A stretch of 38,742 nt of DNA from an uncultured Candidatus Saccharibacteria bacterium (GTDB taxonomy: Bacteria > Patescibacteriota > Minisyncoccia > Phycocordibacterales > UBA9973). How positions within the stretch are numbered: the stretch's first letter is position 1; each line of letters starts with the position of its first letter. Location: assembly GCA_964504455.1 (NCBI GenBank), contig CAZDDY010000003.1, positions 1 through 38,742 on the forward strand. Direction: 5' to 3'. Below are positions 1 through 8,431 of the stretch, one piece after another. The notes under the pieces are model-generated. The model worked only from the letters and a program-made list of their open reading frames with translations, did no database searches and was not told the origin of the DNA. A program made the position numbers and the translations under genes.

Positions 1-907
1 TCTTAATTCGAAAGAAAAGAAACATGAGGGTTGTTGCACATCCCATAATTCCTATGATCATCCAAAAGTCGTTTGGTTGACCAATGATTGGCATATGTAC
101 GACATTCATACCAAATATTCCTGCGATAAGTGTAAGTGGAAATATCACAAACGACATAAGGGTAAGTGTCTTCATTGTATGGCCTGTTTTAACTGAAAGA
201 AGGGAGTCGTTTGTGTCTCGTAGGTCATTTAGGATTTCCTTATGACCAGCAAGAAGTCTGTCAATTTTGTTATATTCACCTAAAATTGCAGTTGTGTAAT
301 ATGTATATGATTCACCGAAAAAATGAAGGGTTGTCTTCTCAAAAGACTCAAGTATTTCTCTGTGGAAACGCAGCGCTTGCTTGTAATCTATGAGATGTCT
401 GTTTATATTTGAGATTTTTTTGACCATACCACCTTCTTCGTTATGAAAAATTTTATTTTCAATTGAAATGAGCATGTCATTTAAGTTTTCCAAATCAATC
501 TCAACGTGCTTATAGAGCTCTTTTATGATCTGGTAAAAAAGTATACCTGCATGAAACTTAGAACTTTTCTTTGACAAGACTGAGTCAACTTCGAGTCTTT
601 TCGAAAGCTCGTGGAGTGCATTCACTGGTTCATAGTGAGCTGTGATAATGAAATCTTTTCCAAGTACTATATCAACTTCTTGGTCAGTTTTTATTTTATT
701 TGGTTTTCCTAGGCCTGTAGGAAAGTGGAAAATTGTATATATAATTTGGTCATATAAATCAACTTTTGACCTCACCGTCTCAGAAAGCAATTCGTCACAG
801 ACGACATTGGGAAGAGAGAAATCATGGAGCAGAGTTTCAGCTTCTTCTTTCGTCGGTCTTTCTAAATCTATCCAGGTAACTCCTTGATAAACATATTTTG
901 AAATCAT
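1..907 (-). CDS. corA: Magnesium/cobalt transporter CorA, C-terminus cut by the window edge
   Basis: Hand translation of the minus strand from ATG at 907 gives MISKYVYQGVTWIDLERPTKEE... and ends ...LIAGIFGMNVVHMPIIGQPNDFWMIIGIMGCATTLMFLFFRIK. This contains the CorA GMN signature followed by the last TM helix. The frame stays open to position 2. It is absent from the ORF track because it has no stop inside the window. Confidence 0.8.
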   Translation of the reverse strand, partial: MISKYVYQGVTWIDLERPTKEEAETLLHDFSLPNVVCDELLSETVRSKVDLYDQIIYTIFHFPTGLGKPNKIKTDQEVDIVLGKDFIITAHYEPVNALHELSKRLEVDSVLSKKSSKFHAGILFYQIIKELYKHVEIDLENLNDMLISIENKIFHNEEGGMVKKISNINRHLIDYKQALRFHREILESFEKTTLHFFGESYTYYTTAILGEYNKIDRLLAGHKEILNDLRDTNDSLLSVKTGHTMKTLTLMSFVIFPLTLIAGIFGMNVVHMPIIGQPNDFWMIIGIMGCATTLMFLFFRIK

Positions 908-914
908 GACTATA

Positions 915-920
915 ATTATA
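915..920 (-). promoter_or_regulatory. -10 box TATAAT, 7 nt upstream of the corA ATG
   Basis: The reverse complement of 908-920 reads TATAAT-tatagtc-ATG. Confidence 0.4.
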
Positions 921-949
921 CGCTTATATTCAAAAACAGTCTATAATTA

Positions 950-978
950 TTGACTTTTTAGCTAAAATGGCATACTAT
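950..978 (+). promoter_or_regulatory. Sigma70-like promoter for rplU
   Basis: TTGACT at 950-955, a 17-nt spacer, then TACTAT at 973-978. The -10 ends 7 nt before the ATG at 986. Confidence 0.45.
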
Positions 979-985
979 GCGAGCT

Positions 986-1303
986 ATGGAATTTGCAGTA
1001 ATAAAAACAGGCGGAAAACAATACAAAGTCTCAAAAGGGGACGTACTTAGAGTTGAGAAAATTAAAGGTGAACATGAGACAGGGGACAAGATTACCTTTG
1101 ACAAGGTTCTGTTGGTGGATAATGGAAAAGATACAACAATAGGCACCCCATATATTGATGGTGCGACTGTAGAGGCTACAATAAGTAAAATTGGGCGTGC
1201 TCAAAAAATTATGGTTGTAAAATATAAGCAAAAAAGCCGATACCATAAGAAAAACGGCCACAGACAGCCATTCTTTGAAGTCAAAATTGAAAAGATAGCA
1301 TAA
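986..1303 (+). CDS. rplU: 50S ribosomal protein L21
   Basis: MEFAVIKTGGKQYKVSKGD... is a typical L21 N-terminus. The ORF track starts at 977, but that ATG lies inside the predicted -10 box, so 986 is preferred. Confidence 0.9.
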   Translation: MEFAVIKTGGKQYKVSKGDVLRVEKIKGEHETGDKITFDKVLLVDNGKDTTIGTPYIDGATVEATISKIGRAQKIMVVKYKQKSRYHKKNGHRQPFFEVKIEKIA

Positions 1304-1305
1304 TA

Positions 1306-1330
1306 AAACACCCGACGGGTGTTTTATTTT
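1306..1330. terminator. Bidirectional intrinsic terminator between rplU and recR
   Basis: Hairpin aacaccc-gac-gggtgtt is flanked by an A-run on one side and a T-run on the other. It overlaps the recR stop. Confidence 0.7.
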
Positions 1331-1953
1331 TGCTTTCTATTCTCTAAAGCATATTTTAGTGTTTCAGAATCAGCATACTCAAGCTCACTACCTGTAGAAA
1401 GACCTCGTCCCAAACTTGTTATTTTTACTTTGTTTGGGTCAAGAAGTTTCTCAAGCTGACTTCGTATATATCTATCAGTAAATTCTCCTGAAGGATTCAT
1501 AGAAAAGCCTAGGACAATTTCTTCGAGTTCATTAGTAGAAACTTTATCTTCAATTTTCTTCATTAGCTCAGTAAAACGAACATATGAAGGCAACTTTTTT
1601 TCAATGACAGGTATAAGCCCTCCTAGTACAAAATACGTACCCTGATAAATTTTACTTCTTTCAAGTGCCTCCATATCAACATCTTTCTCCACGATAAGGA
1701 GCACTGTCTTGTCTTTAGACTGGTCACTGCAAATTGAACAGATATTTTTTCCGGAATCTTTTTTTGTATAAAAACGCATACACTCTTTGCACTGCAATAC
1801 ATTTTTTTTTAATTCATTAATTTTCCTAATTAAACTTTCTGTATAGGCAGGTGACTGATACAGTAAAAAATAAACAAACCTTTTTGCTTGCCTTTCTCCA
1901 ATACCTGGAAAACGTTTAAACTGCTCGGTCAACTCTCTTATGAGTGCGTCCAT
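1324..1953 (-). CDS. recR: Recombination protein RecR
   Basis: N-terminus LIRELTEQFKRFPGIGERQAKRF (HhH), a CxxC...CxxC zinc finger (CKECMRF...CSICSD) and a Toprim-like C-terminal half. Confidence 0.9.
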   Translation of the reverse strand: MDALIRELTEQFKRFPGIGERQAKRFVYFLLYQSPAYTESLIRKINELKKNVLQCKECMRFYTKKDSGKNICSICSDQSKDKTVLLIVEKDVDMEALERSKIYQGTYFVLGGLIPVIEKKLPSYVRFTELMKKIEDKVSTNELEEIVLGFSMNPSGEFTDRYIRSQLEKLLDPNKVKITSLGRGLSTGSELEYADSETLKYALENRKQK

Positions 1954-1968
1954 ACGAGCCTTAGTATA

Positions 1969-3351
1969 CTAGAATGTCCCAAAATCGGCATTTCCACCTT
2001 TTGTGAGGACTTCAAACCCTTTACTGTTTTCAACATCCAAAAATGTTCCTGTTTTTTCATCAAAATATAGTTCAGCTTTTCCAACAGGACCGTTTCTGTG
2101 TTTTTCAATTAAAATTTCAGCGATATTTGGTTTGTCAGAATTTTCATTATATTTGTCTTCTCGGTGAATAAACATAACAACGTCTGCGTCTTGTTCAATA
2201 GAACCTGAGTCTCGAAGATCAGAAAGTCTCGGTTTACCACCACGCGACTCAACTGCTCGAGAGAGCTGGGAAAGCGCTAAAACAGGAACATCTAAGTCGC
2301 GCGCGAGTGCTTTGAGTGATCGTGAAATTTCTGTGACTTGATTCACCATTGAGTCATAATTTTTTGAAGGCATCATAAGTTGCAAGTAATCTACAACAAT
2401 AAGCTTAAGCCCTTTTTCAACTTTTAATCTTCTGGCAAGAGATCTCATGCGTGCAATTGTATTGGATGGTTGATCGTCAATGTATATTGGTGCTTTGGAA
2501 AGCCTATCGAGAGCATCTCGTAAACTTGAAAACTCTGTGTCAGCATTTAGTCTTCCAGTACGAAGACTCCACGCGTTGACTCTTGCCTCAGCCGCAAGCA
2601 TACGATCAACAAGTTGTTGTGTGGCCATTTCAAGAGAAAAAACAAGCACTGGTGCATTATTTTTTGTAGCTGCTTTTCTTGCAATATCCAAAGCTAAGGT
2701 GGTTTTTCCCATAGAAGGACGTGCAGCCAAAATAATCAAGTCTGAAGGCTGGAATCCTGCCAAAAGACTATCCAAATTTGCATATCCAGTAGAAATGCCA
2801 CGAATGTCACCTTGATGCTCATGAAGATGCTCGATTCGAGTCCATGCTTCATCCAAATTATCTTTCAAGCTAGTGACTGCTTTACCTTTTGGAGAATTAC
2901 TAATATCAAAAATCTTTTTTTCTGATTGATCAATAACTTCTTCAACATTTTCTACAGAAGCATCCATCCCAAGTTCAGCAATATATTCACCAGCAGAAAC
3001 GAGATTACGGAGTACGTATTTTCTGTCTATGATATCCGCATAATATCGAACGTTTGTTGAAGCGGGGACATCTTGTGCAAGCTCAGAGAGATATGATGCG
3101 CCACCAGCTTGTTCGAGACGTTTGTCTTCAGTAAGCCTGTGAGTTATCGATAAGATATCAATAGGCTCGTGACGGAGAGCAAGCGTTTGCATCGCTTCAA
3201 AAATTATTTTGTGCTTACCCACATAAAAAGCATCAGAAACAAGTGTGCCTTCAATTTCATGTATTCCTTCTGGTCGAAGCATTATCGCTCCAAGCAATGC
3301 TCTTTCGGCATCAATGTTTTGTGGAGGTACTCTTAATTCCTTTCTTGTCAT
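1969..3351 (-). CDS. dnaB: Replicative DNA helicase DnaB
   Basis: PPQNIDAERALLGAIML N-terminus, Walker A ARPSMGKTT, and the IVVDYLQLM and SQLSR motifs. 460 aa with no intein. Confidence 0.93.
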   Translation of the reverse strand: MTRKELRVPPQNIDAERALLGAIMLRPEGIHEIEGTLVSDAFYVGKHKIIFEAMQTLALRHEPIDILSITHRLTEDKRLEQAGGASYLSELAQDVPASTNVRYYADIIDRKYVLRNLVSAGEYIAELGMDASVENVEEVIDQSEKKIFDISNSPKGKAVTSLKDNLDEAWTRIEHLHEHQGDIRGISTGYANLDSLLAGFQPSDLIILAARPSMGKTTLALDIARKAATKNNAPVLVFSLEMATQQLVDRMLAAEARVNAWSLRTGRLNADTEFSSLRDALDRLSKAPIYIDDQPSNTIARMRSLARRLKVEKGLKLIVVDYLQLMMPSKNYDSMVNQVTEISRSLKALARDLDVPVLALSQLSRAVESRGGKPRLSDLRDSGSIEQDADVVMFIHREDKYNENSDKPNIAEILIEKHRNGPVGKAELYFDEKTGTFLDVENSKGFEVLTKGGNADFGTF

Positions 3352-3357
3352 ACAAAG

Positions 3358-3366
3358 ATACTACCA
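3358..3366 (-). promoter_or_regulatory. Extended -10 (TGgTAGTAT), 6 nt upstream of the dnaB ATG
   Basis: The reverse complement of 3352-3366 reads TGGTAGTAT-ctttgt, followed by the ATG at 3351. Confidence 0.4.
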
Positions 3367-3454
3367 TGCCAAAAATGCAAAACTATCCTAAGTCGTGGGT
3401 AATGGTGTTTACAGAGTGTGTACAAGTTGTACTGCTGTATAAAAGCGCCTAATT

Positions 3455-3463
3455 TGCTATACT
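3455..3463 (+). promoter_or_regulatory. Extended -10 (TGcTATACT), 6 nt upstream of the trpS GTG
   Basis: TGC TATACT at 3455-3463, tttttt, then GTG at 3470. Confidence 0.4.
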
Positions 3464-3469
3464 TTTTTT

Positions 3470-4471
3470 GTGAAAGATATACGAGTTTTAACAGGTGATA
3501 GGCCAACCGGAAAGCTTCATTTGGGGCATTTTGTTGGTTCGATACAAAACAGGATTAAGTTACAAGACGAAGCTACAAAAACTTTTTACATGGTTGCAGA
3601 TATTCAGGCACTCACTGATAATTTCTCAACACCTGAAAAAGTACGTATGAATGTTAAAGAAGTAATTCTTGATAATCTCGCGTGCGGCGTTGATCCAAAC
3701 AAAACATTTTTCTTTATACAGTCAGAAATTCCTCAGATTGCAGAGCTAACAATATTTTTTCTAAACCTGGTCACCGTTGCGCGACTCAAAAGAAACCCGA
3801 CAGTTAAAGATGAGATTCAACAAAAAGGATATGGGGAAAATGTTACTGCGGGATTTCTTATGTATCCAGTATCTCAAGCTGCGGACATTTTATTTTGCAA
3901 AGCAAATACCATACCAGTTGGAAATGACCAGCTACCAATGATTGAGCAAGTGAACGAGATTGCCGCTGCATTCAATAGGATATATGGAGAAACATTTCCA
4001 TATGTAAAAGCAACTATTTCTGATTTTGGAAGATTGCCAGGTATAGATGGTGGAGCGAAAATGTCAAAATCACTTAATAACGCAATTTTTCTCTCAGATA
4101 CAGATACTGAAATTGAAAAGAAGGTCATGCAAATGTACACAGACCCAAATCATATTCATGTAGATGATCCTGGAAAAATTGAAGGGAATGTTGTTTTTAC
4201 ATATCTTGATATCTTTGACCCAAAAAAAGAAGAAGTTGCTGAGCTAAAAAAACAGTATAAAAAAGGTGGGCTCGGTGATGTTATAATTAAAAAAAGACTA
4301 GTAACTATTCTCCAAGATTTAATAAGACCAATACGCGAAAAAAGAGAGGCGCTCGCTCAAGATGATATGTACATCGAAAAAATACTCGAAGACGGAAGAA
4401 AAGAAGCTGAGAAAATTGCTCAAAGTGTGATGAAAGAGGTCAGAGAAAAAATGCAAATAAACTATACATAA
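3470..4471 (+). CDS. trpS: Tryptophan--tRNA ligase
   Basis: Class I HIGH-type motif (TGKLHLGH) and KMSKS present verbatim. Length of 333 aa and overall sequence are typical of TrpRS. GTG start. Confidence 0.92.
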   Translation: MKDIRVLTGDRPTGKLHLGHFVGSIQNRIKLQDEATKTFYMVADIQALTDNFSTPEKVRMNVKEVILDNLACGVDPNKTFFFIQSEIPQIAELTIFFLNLVTVARLKRNPTVKDEIQQKGYGENVTAGFLMYPVSQAADILFCKANTIPVGNDQLPMIEQVNEIAAAFNRIYGETFPYVKATISDFGRLPGIDGGAKMSKSLNNAIFLSDTDTEIEKKVMQMYTDPNHIHVDDPGKIEGNVVFTYLDIFDPKKEEVAELKKQYKKGGLGDVIIKKRLVTILQDLIRPIREKREALAQDDMYIEKILEDGRKEAEKIAQSVMKEVREKMQINYT

Positions 4472-4472
4472 T

Positions 4473-4736
4473 ATGTGGTGGTGGATACTGGGAATTTTAA
4501 TAGGAATTTTTATACTCACAACTACTCATTTTGGGAGAATGATTTTTGTTGTTCTCATTGGACTCATATATTGGCCACTTAACTGGATGGTTGTTAATTT
4601 TGGTGCAAATGTGAATCCTCTCAAAAAAGATGAGAAGGTGCTTTTTTACGTACTATGGGCACTTTTCTCGCCAGTATGGATGCTGACAACTATCATCTCG
4701 ATACCGTATGAAGCGGTTCTTGAAAAAGCACACTAA
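4473..4736 (+). CDS. Small hypothetical membrane protein (87 aa)
   Basis: Starts 1 nt after the trpS stop. Three hydrophobic helices (WWWILGILIGIFIL..., FVVLIGLIYWPLNW..., LFYVLWALFSPVWMLTTII). No recognisable family. Confidence 0.5.
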   Translation: MWWWILGILIGIFILTTTHFGRMIFVVLIGLIYWPLNWMVVNFGANVNPLKKDEKVLFYVLWALFSPVWMLTTIISIPYEAVLEKAH

Positions 4737-4759
4737 ATTATATATATTAATTATGTAAC

Positions 4760-4890
4760 TAAAGATCCGGCTGACACCGGGGAAGTTGAGGGAAGAAAGC
4801 ATTTGTGTGAGTAGAACCCTCCGTACTACGCGAAGTAGGAAATGAGTGCAAAGTAAGGTGGCACCGTCCCTGTCTAGGGGCCCTTACATG
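4760..4890 (+). promoter_or_regulatory. T-box-like riboswitch leader (Asp specifier) upstream of aspS
   Basis: This is a GC-richer non-coding island. AAGUAAGGUGGCACCGUCCC at about 4850-4870 matches the T-box consensus AAnnnGGGUGGnACCGCG. It folds into an antiterminator-type helix: gtaagg/ccttac, a 7-nt bulge UGGCACC, gtccc/ggggc and a loop tgtcta. Hairpin ccgg-CUGACA-ccgg (4767-4780) displays GAC followed by a purine. Confidence 0.6.
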
Positions 4891-4924
4891 TTTGAATTAT
4901 TAACCTAAACTTTATGCACCATAT

Positions 4925-6220
4925 ATGATTTCCTATATTCCTATTAAAGAACTCTCTTCACGAATTGGACAAAAGGTAACTATTGTCGGTTTTGTTCACG
5001 CATTGAGAGACCAAAATAAAATTGTATTCCTAAATTTAAGAGACAGAACAGGAATTGTTCAGTGTATATCTTTTCACACATCTGATTCATTTGAACAAGT
5101 AAAATCGCTCAGCTATGAATCTGTCATAAAAATTGAAGGTCAAGTAAAAGAAGCACCGCAAGCGCCAAACGGGTTTGAAGTTGATATAGAAAAAATTGAA
5201 ATATTATCGGTTGCAGCACCTGAACTCCCAATTCCAGTAAATATCCAAAAAGGTGGAGGTGAAATTGAACAACCGACGAGACTTGATTTTAGATGGCTTG
5301 ATTTAAGACAACCAGAAAAAACAAGAATATTTGAAGTTTGGGGTGAACTTGAAAAAGGTTTTAGAGCTTTTTGGGATGCAGAGCGGTTTATGCAAATTTA
5401 TACTCCTTCATTCATGAGCACTCCTTCAGAAACAGGAGCTGAAGTATTTGAGGTAAATTATTTTGAAAAAAAAGCATATCTAGCTCAATCTCCACAATTT
5501 TACAAGCAAATGGCGATTGCGTCAGGTTTCGAACGTGTATTTATGACTGGGCCTGTCTTTCGTGCAGAACTTTCTTTTACAACAAGACATTTAACAGAAT
5601 TTACTGGTTGGGACTTTGAAGTCGCATATATTGACTCACATCACGATATTATGGATCTTGAAGAGGGAATGATAATTTCTGGATTTGAATCTGTAAAAAA
5701 AGCGTTTCCAGAAATCTCAATCGAAATTCCAAAAAAAGGATTTCCACGAATACCTATTGCTGAAGTTAAAGATATTTTAGCAAAAAGAGGTATTGAATCA
5801 TCTGAAGAGCATGATCTTTCACCTGAAGAAGAAAGAGCGATTGCAGAATATGTAAAAGAAGTACACAATCATGATTTTGTTTTTATTACTGATTATCATA
5901 AATCGAAAAGTGCTTTTTACCACATGAGGTTAGAAGAAGGCTCAGATCGATCAAGGCGGGCGGATTTACTCTACCGAGGACTTGAAGTTACTACTCTTGC
6001 ACAAAGAGAACATAGACCTGAAATTTTGGAGAAGCAAGCTATAGAAAAAGGTATGAGTCTTGAAGCGCTTTCTGACTACTTAAACTTTTTCAAATATGGA
6101 TGTCCGCCACATGGAGGAGCTGGTATAGGTCCCGCTCGTTTTGTTATGAAAATGCTTGACTTACCAAATGTGAGAGAAGCCACATACTTACCAAGAGATG
6201 TGAAGCGATTAAACCCCTAA
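4925..6220 (+). CDS. aspS: Aspartate--tRNA ligase, short archaeal/eukaryal-type class IIb (431 aa)
   Basis: N-terminal OB fold, the AspRS signature AQSPQFYKQM, motif 2 FRAE...TRHLTEF, and motif 3 GGAGIGPARFVM...RDVKRLNP. It lacks the roughly 130-aa insertion of bacterial-type AspRS. Confidence 0.9.
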   Translation: MISYIPIKELSSRIGQKVTIVGFVHALRDQNKIVFLNLRDRTGIVQCISFHTSDSFEQVKSLSYESVIKIEGQVKEAPQAPNGFEVDIEKIEILSVAAPELPIPVNIQKGGGEIEQPTRLDFRWLDLRQPEKTRIFEVWGELEKGFRAFWDAERFMQIYTPSFMSTPSETGAEVFEVNYFEKKAYLAQSPQFYKQMAIASGFERVFMTGPVFRAELSFTTRHLTEFTGWDFEVAYIDSHHDIMDLEEGMIISGFESVKKAFPEISIEIPKKGFPRIPIAEVKDILAKRGIESSEEHDLSPEEERAIAEYVKEVHNHDFVFITDYHKSKSAFYHMRLEEGSDRSRRADLLYRGLEVTTLAQREHRPEILEKQAIEKGMSLEALSDYLNFFKYGCPPHGGAGIGPARFVMKMLDLPNVREATYLPRDVKRLNP

Positions 6221-6951
6221 TGCCTACTGAAAATCACTACATTGTAAAAACACAAAGCTTTGAAGGTCCGCTTGAACTTCTTTTAGAGCTTATTGAAAAG
6301 CGAAAGCTTTTTATTAATGAAGTAAGTCTTAGTGAAGTCACCAATGACTACATTACGTATGTTAAACAACTTGAAAAATATAATTTCGCACTAGTTACTA
6401 GTTTTCTCATAGTTGCTGCAACTCTTATTTTAATAAAGTCTAAATCATTACTACCAACAGGTGAACTTACGGAGGACGAGACAAACGCTATTGGAGATCT
6501 AGAACTTCGACTTGAGTTGTATAAGATTTTCAAGGAAGCTGGTGTGGTTATCCAAAATATTTTTGGAAAAAAAATTATTTTTGGTACACAAAAAGTACAA
6601 AACTTCACACCTATTTTTACACCTGACAAAAAAATTACACAGACAATGTGTAAAAACATTATCGATAATATTTTGCAGTCGATTCCGGAAGATACCGCGT
6701 TGCACGAGGTAACAGTTCGCAAGGTAATGAGTATTGAAGAAATGATGAAAAACCTTACAGATAAAATTCAAAACATGGGAACCATGTCATTTACACATAT
6801 TTCAAAGCACGAAAATCCAGAATCTTACAAAGAAGCAAAAATATATACGATAGTATCATTTCTTGCTATGCTTGAATTGGTTAGAAATGGCTTTATAGAT
6901 GTATTACAAAACGAAAAGTTTTCAGATATGAGCATTAAAAAAATTGATTAA
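6220..6951 (+). CDS. scpA: Segregation and condensation protein A (kleisin)
   Basis: FEGPLELLLELIEKRKLFINEVSLSEVTNDY is a typical ScpA N-terminus. The ATG overlaps the aspS stop (TAATG). Confidence 0.85.
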   Translation: MPTENHYIVKTQSFEGPLELLLELIEKRKLFINEVSLSEVTNDYITYVKQLEKYNFALVTSFLIVAATLILIKSKSLLPTGELTEDETNAIGDLELRLELYKIFKEAGVVIQNIFGKKIIFGTQKVQNFTPIFTPDKKITQTMCKNIIDNILQSIPEDTALHEVTVRKVMSIEEMMKNLTDKIQNMGTMSFTHISKHENPESYKEAKIYTIVSFLAMLELVRNGFIDVLQNEKFSDMSIKKID

Positions 6952-6956
6952 TAAAC

Positions 6957-7502
6957 ATGAATCTTGCACAAAAAATTGAAGGATATTTATTTTTTCTTGG
7001 TGAGCCCATAGACAAACACGACCTTGCTTCACTTTTTAAGGTAAGCGAAGATGAGATCCATACTGCCTTGAATGAATTGAAAGAATCTCTTCAACAAAGA
7101 GGTATCGTATTGGTTGAAAATCAGACAACGATTACTTTGGGCACCCACCCGGAGCTGGGTTCGTTTTTAGAGAAAATTCAAAAGGACTCTTTGGATAAAG
7201 ACTTAAGTAAAGCTGCTCTTGAAACGCTTTCGGTTATTTTGTACATGGATATGCCAACAAGAAGTGATATTGATTATATTCGAGGTGTAAATTCACAGTT
7301 CTCTCTTAGAATGCTCCTCGTACGTGGATTAATTGATAGGCAATTGCACCCAAAAGATAATAGAAAGTTTGTGTATCTACCCACAACTGATCTACTATCG
7401 TTTTTAGGAGTAGGCACAGTTCACGAGCTTCCAAATTACATAGATGTAAAAGAGAAAATCGCCCAAAAATTACAAAAACAAGAGGCGCAAGTAGTGGAAT
7501 AA
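6957..7502 (+). CDS. scpB: Segregation and condensation protein B
   Basis: IEGYLFFLGEPI..., LETLSVILYMDMPTRSDIDYIRGVNS... matches the winged-helix ScpB pattern. It is adjacent to scpA. Confidence 0.85.
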   Translation: MNLAQKIEGYLFFLGEPIDKHDLASLFKVSEDEIHTALNELKESLQQRGIVLVENQTTITLGTHPELGSFLEKIQKDSLDKDLSKAALETLSVILYMDMPTRSDIDYIRGVNSQFSLRMLLVRGLIDRQLHPKDNRKFVYLPTTDLLSFLGVGTVHELPNYIDVKEKIAQKLQKQEAQVVE

Positions 7503-7505
7503 CAT

Positions 7506-8429
7506 ATGAGAGAACGAAGTTATCCAACCATCTTACTCGTTGGCATTCTTGCTTGTGTATCTATTTTTGGACTTTTAAGCATACAACAGTCTAAAGAAGC
7601 ACAGCAAGAATACTTCACGGAGTTATCGATAAAAACTGAGAAGAAAATAAACACTTTTTTAAATGTTCCACTTGAAGCAAATAGTGTATATGTGTACGAC
7701 ATGAGCGATAACGAGGTTTTGTTTGAAAAAGATGCCTATATTACAAGAGGTATTGCTTCAATTACTAAACTTATGACTTTTGCAATTGCATGGCCTAAAA
7801 TAAAAGATTTAAATGAAATAACGATTTCAGAGGATAGTGTTGAAACAGAAGGATATTCACCACTCCTCCCGGGAAGCACCTGGTCACCAGAAGACCTACT
7901 TTCATTAATGTTGATAAGCTCTTCAAATGATGCAGCGGAAGCTATCAAAGACTCTCTTGTAAACCAACTTGGTAGCGAATCTCAAGTAATAACATCACTT
8001 AACGAATATGCACAGAACATTGGAATGAAAAACACTTCCTTTAAAAACGTTACTGGTCTTGATGAAATTGATCGTGTTTCAAATATTAGTACTGCATATG
8101 AAGTAACACTTCTAGCAAAATCAATTATAGACAAATATCCTGAAGTACTTGAAGCAACTGCACGACTAAAGCTTTCTCTACCAAAGAAAGATATAGTTGT
8201 AGAAAATACTAATCCTGTAATTGATCAAATTCCAAATATCATACTTTCAAAGACGGGCTACACTGATAGAGCAGGGGGGAATCTTGTCATTGCATACAAA
8301 TCGCCGACAAACCACCATATTGTGATTATTGCAGTTTTGGGTTCAAGTCATGAAGGAAGATTCCATGATACACTGACATTAGTAAATAGAACTGAGGAAT
8401 ATTTCAAACAAATACCAAGTATAGAGTAA
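7506..8429 (+). CDS. D-alanyl-D-alanine carboxypeptidase (S11 / PBP5-like), N-terminal membrane anchor
   Basis: SxxK (SITK), SxN (SSN) and KTG (KTGYT) motifs occur in the right order. There is an N-terminal hydrophobic segment. Confidence 0.8.
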   Translation: MRERSYPTILLVGILACVSIFGLLSIQQSKEAQQEYFTELSIKTEKKINTFLNVPLEANSVYVYDMSDNEVLFEKDAYITRGIASITKLMTFAIAWPKIKDLNEITISEDSVETEGYSPLLPGSTWSPEDLLSLMLISSSNDAAEAIKDSLVNQLGSESQVITSLNEYAQNIGMKNTSFKNVTGLDEIDRVSNISTAYEVTLLAKSIIDKYPEVLEATARLKLSLPKKDIVVENTNPVIDQIPNIILSKTGYTDRAGGNLVIAYKSPTNHHIVIIAVLGSSHEGRFHDTLTLVNRTEEYFKQIPSIE

Positions 8430-8431
8430 TC

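Noticed and set aside
3352-3469. Possible T-box leaders upstream of trpS (3352-3469) and gltX (13611-13720)
   Set aside because: I searched both spacers for the GGUGGnACC core and an antiterminator bulge and found none. The spacers are short, AT-rich and dominated by promoter-like elements abutting the start codons.
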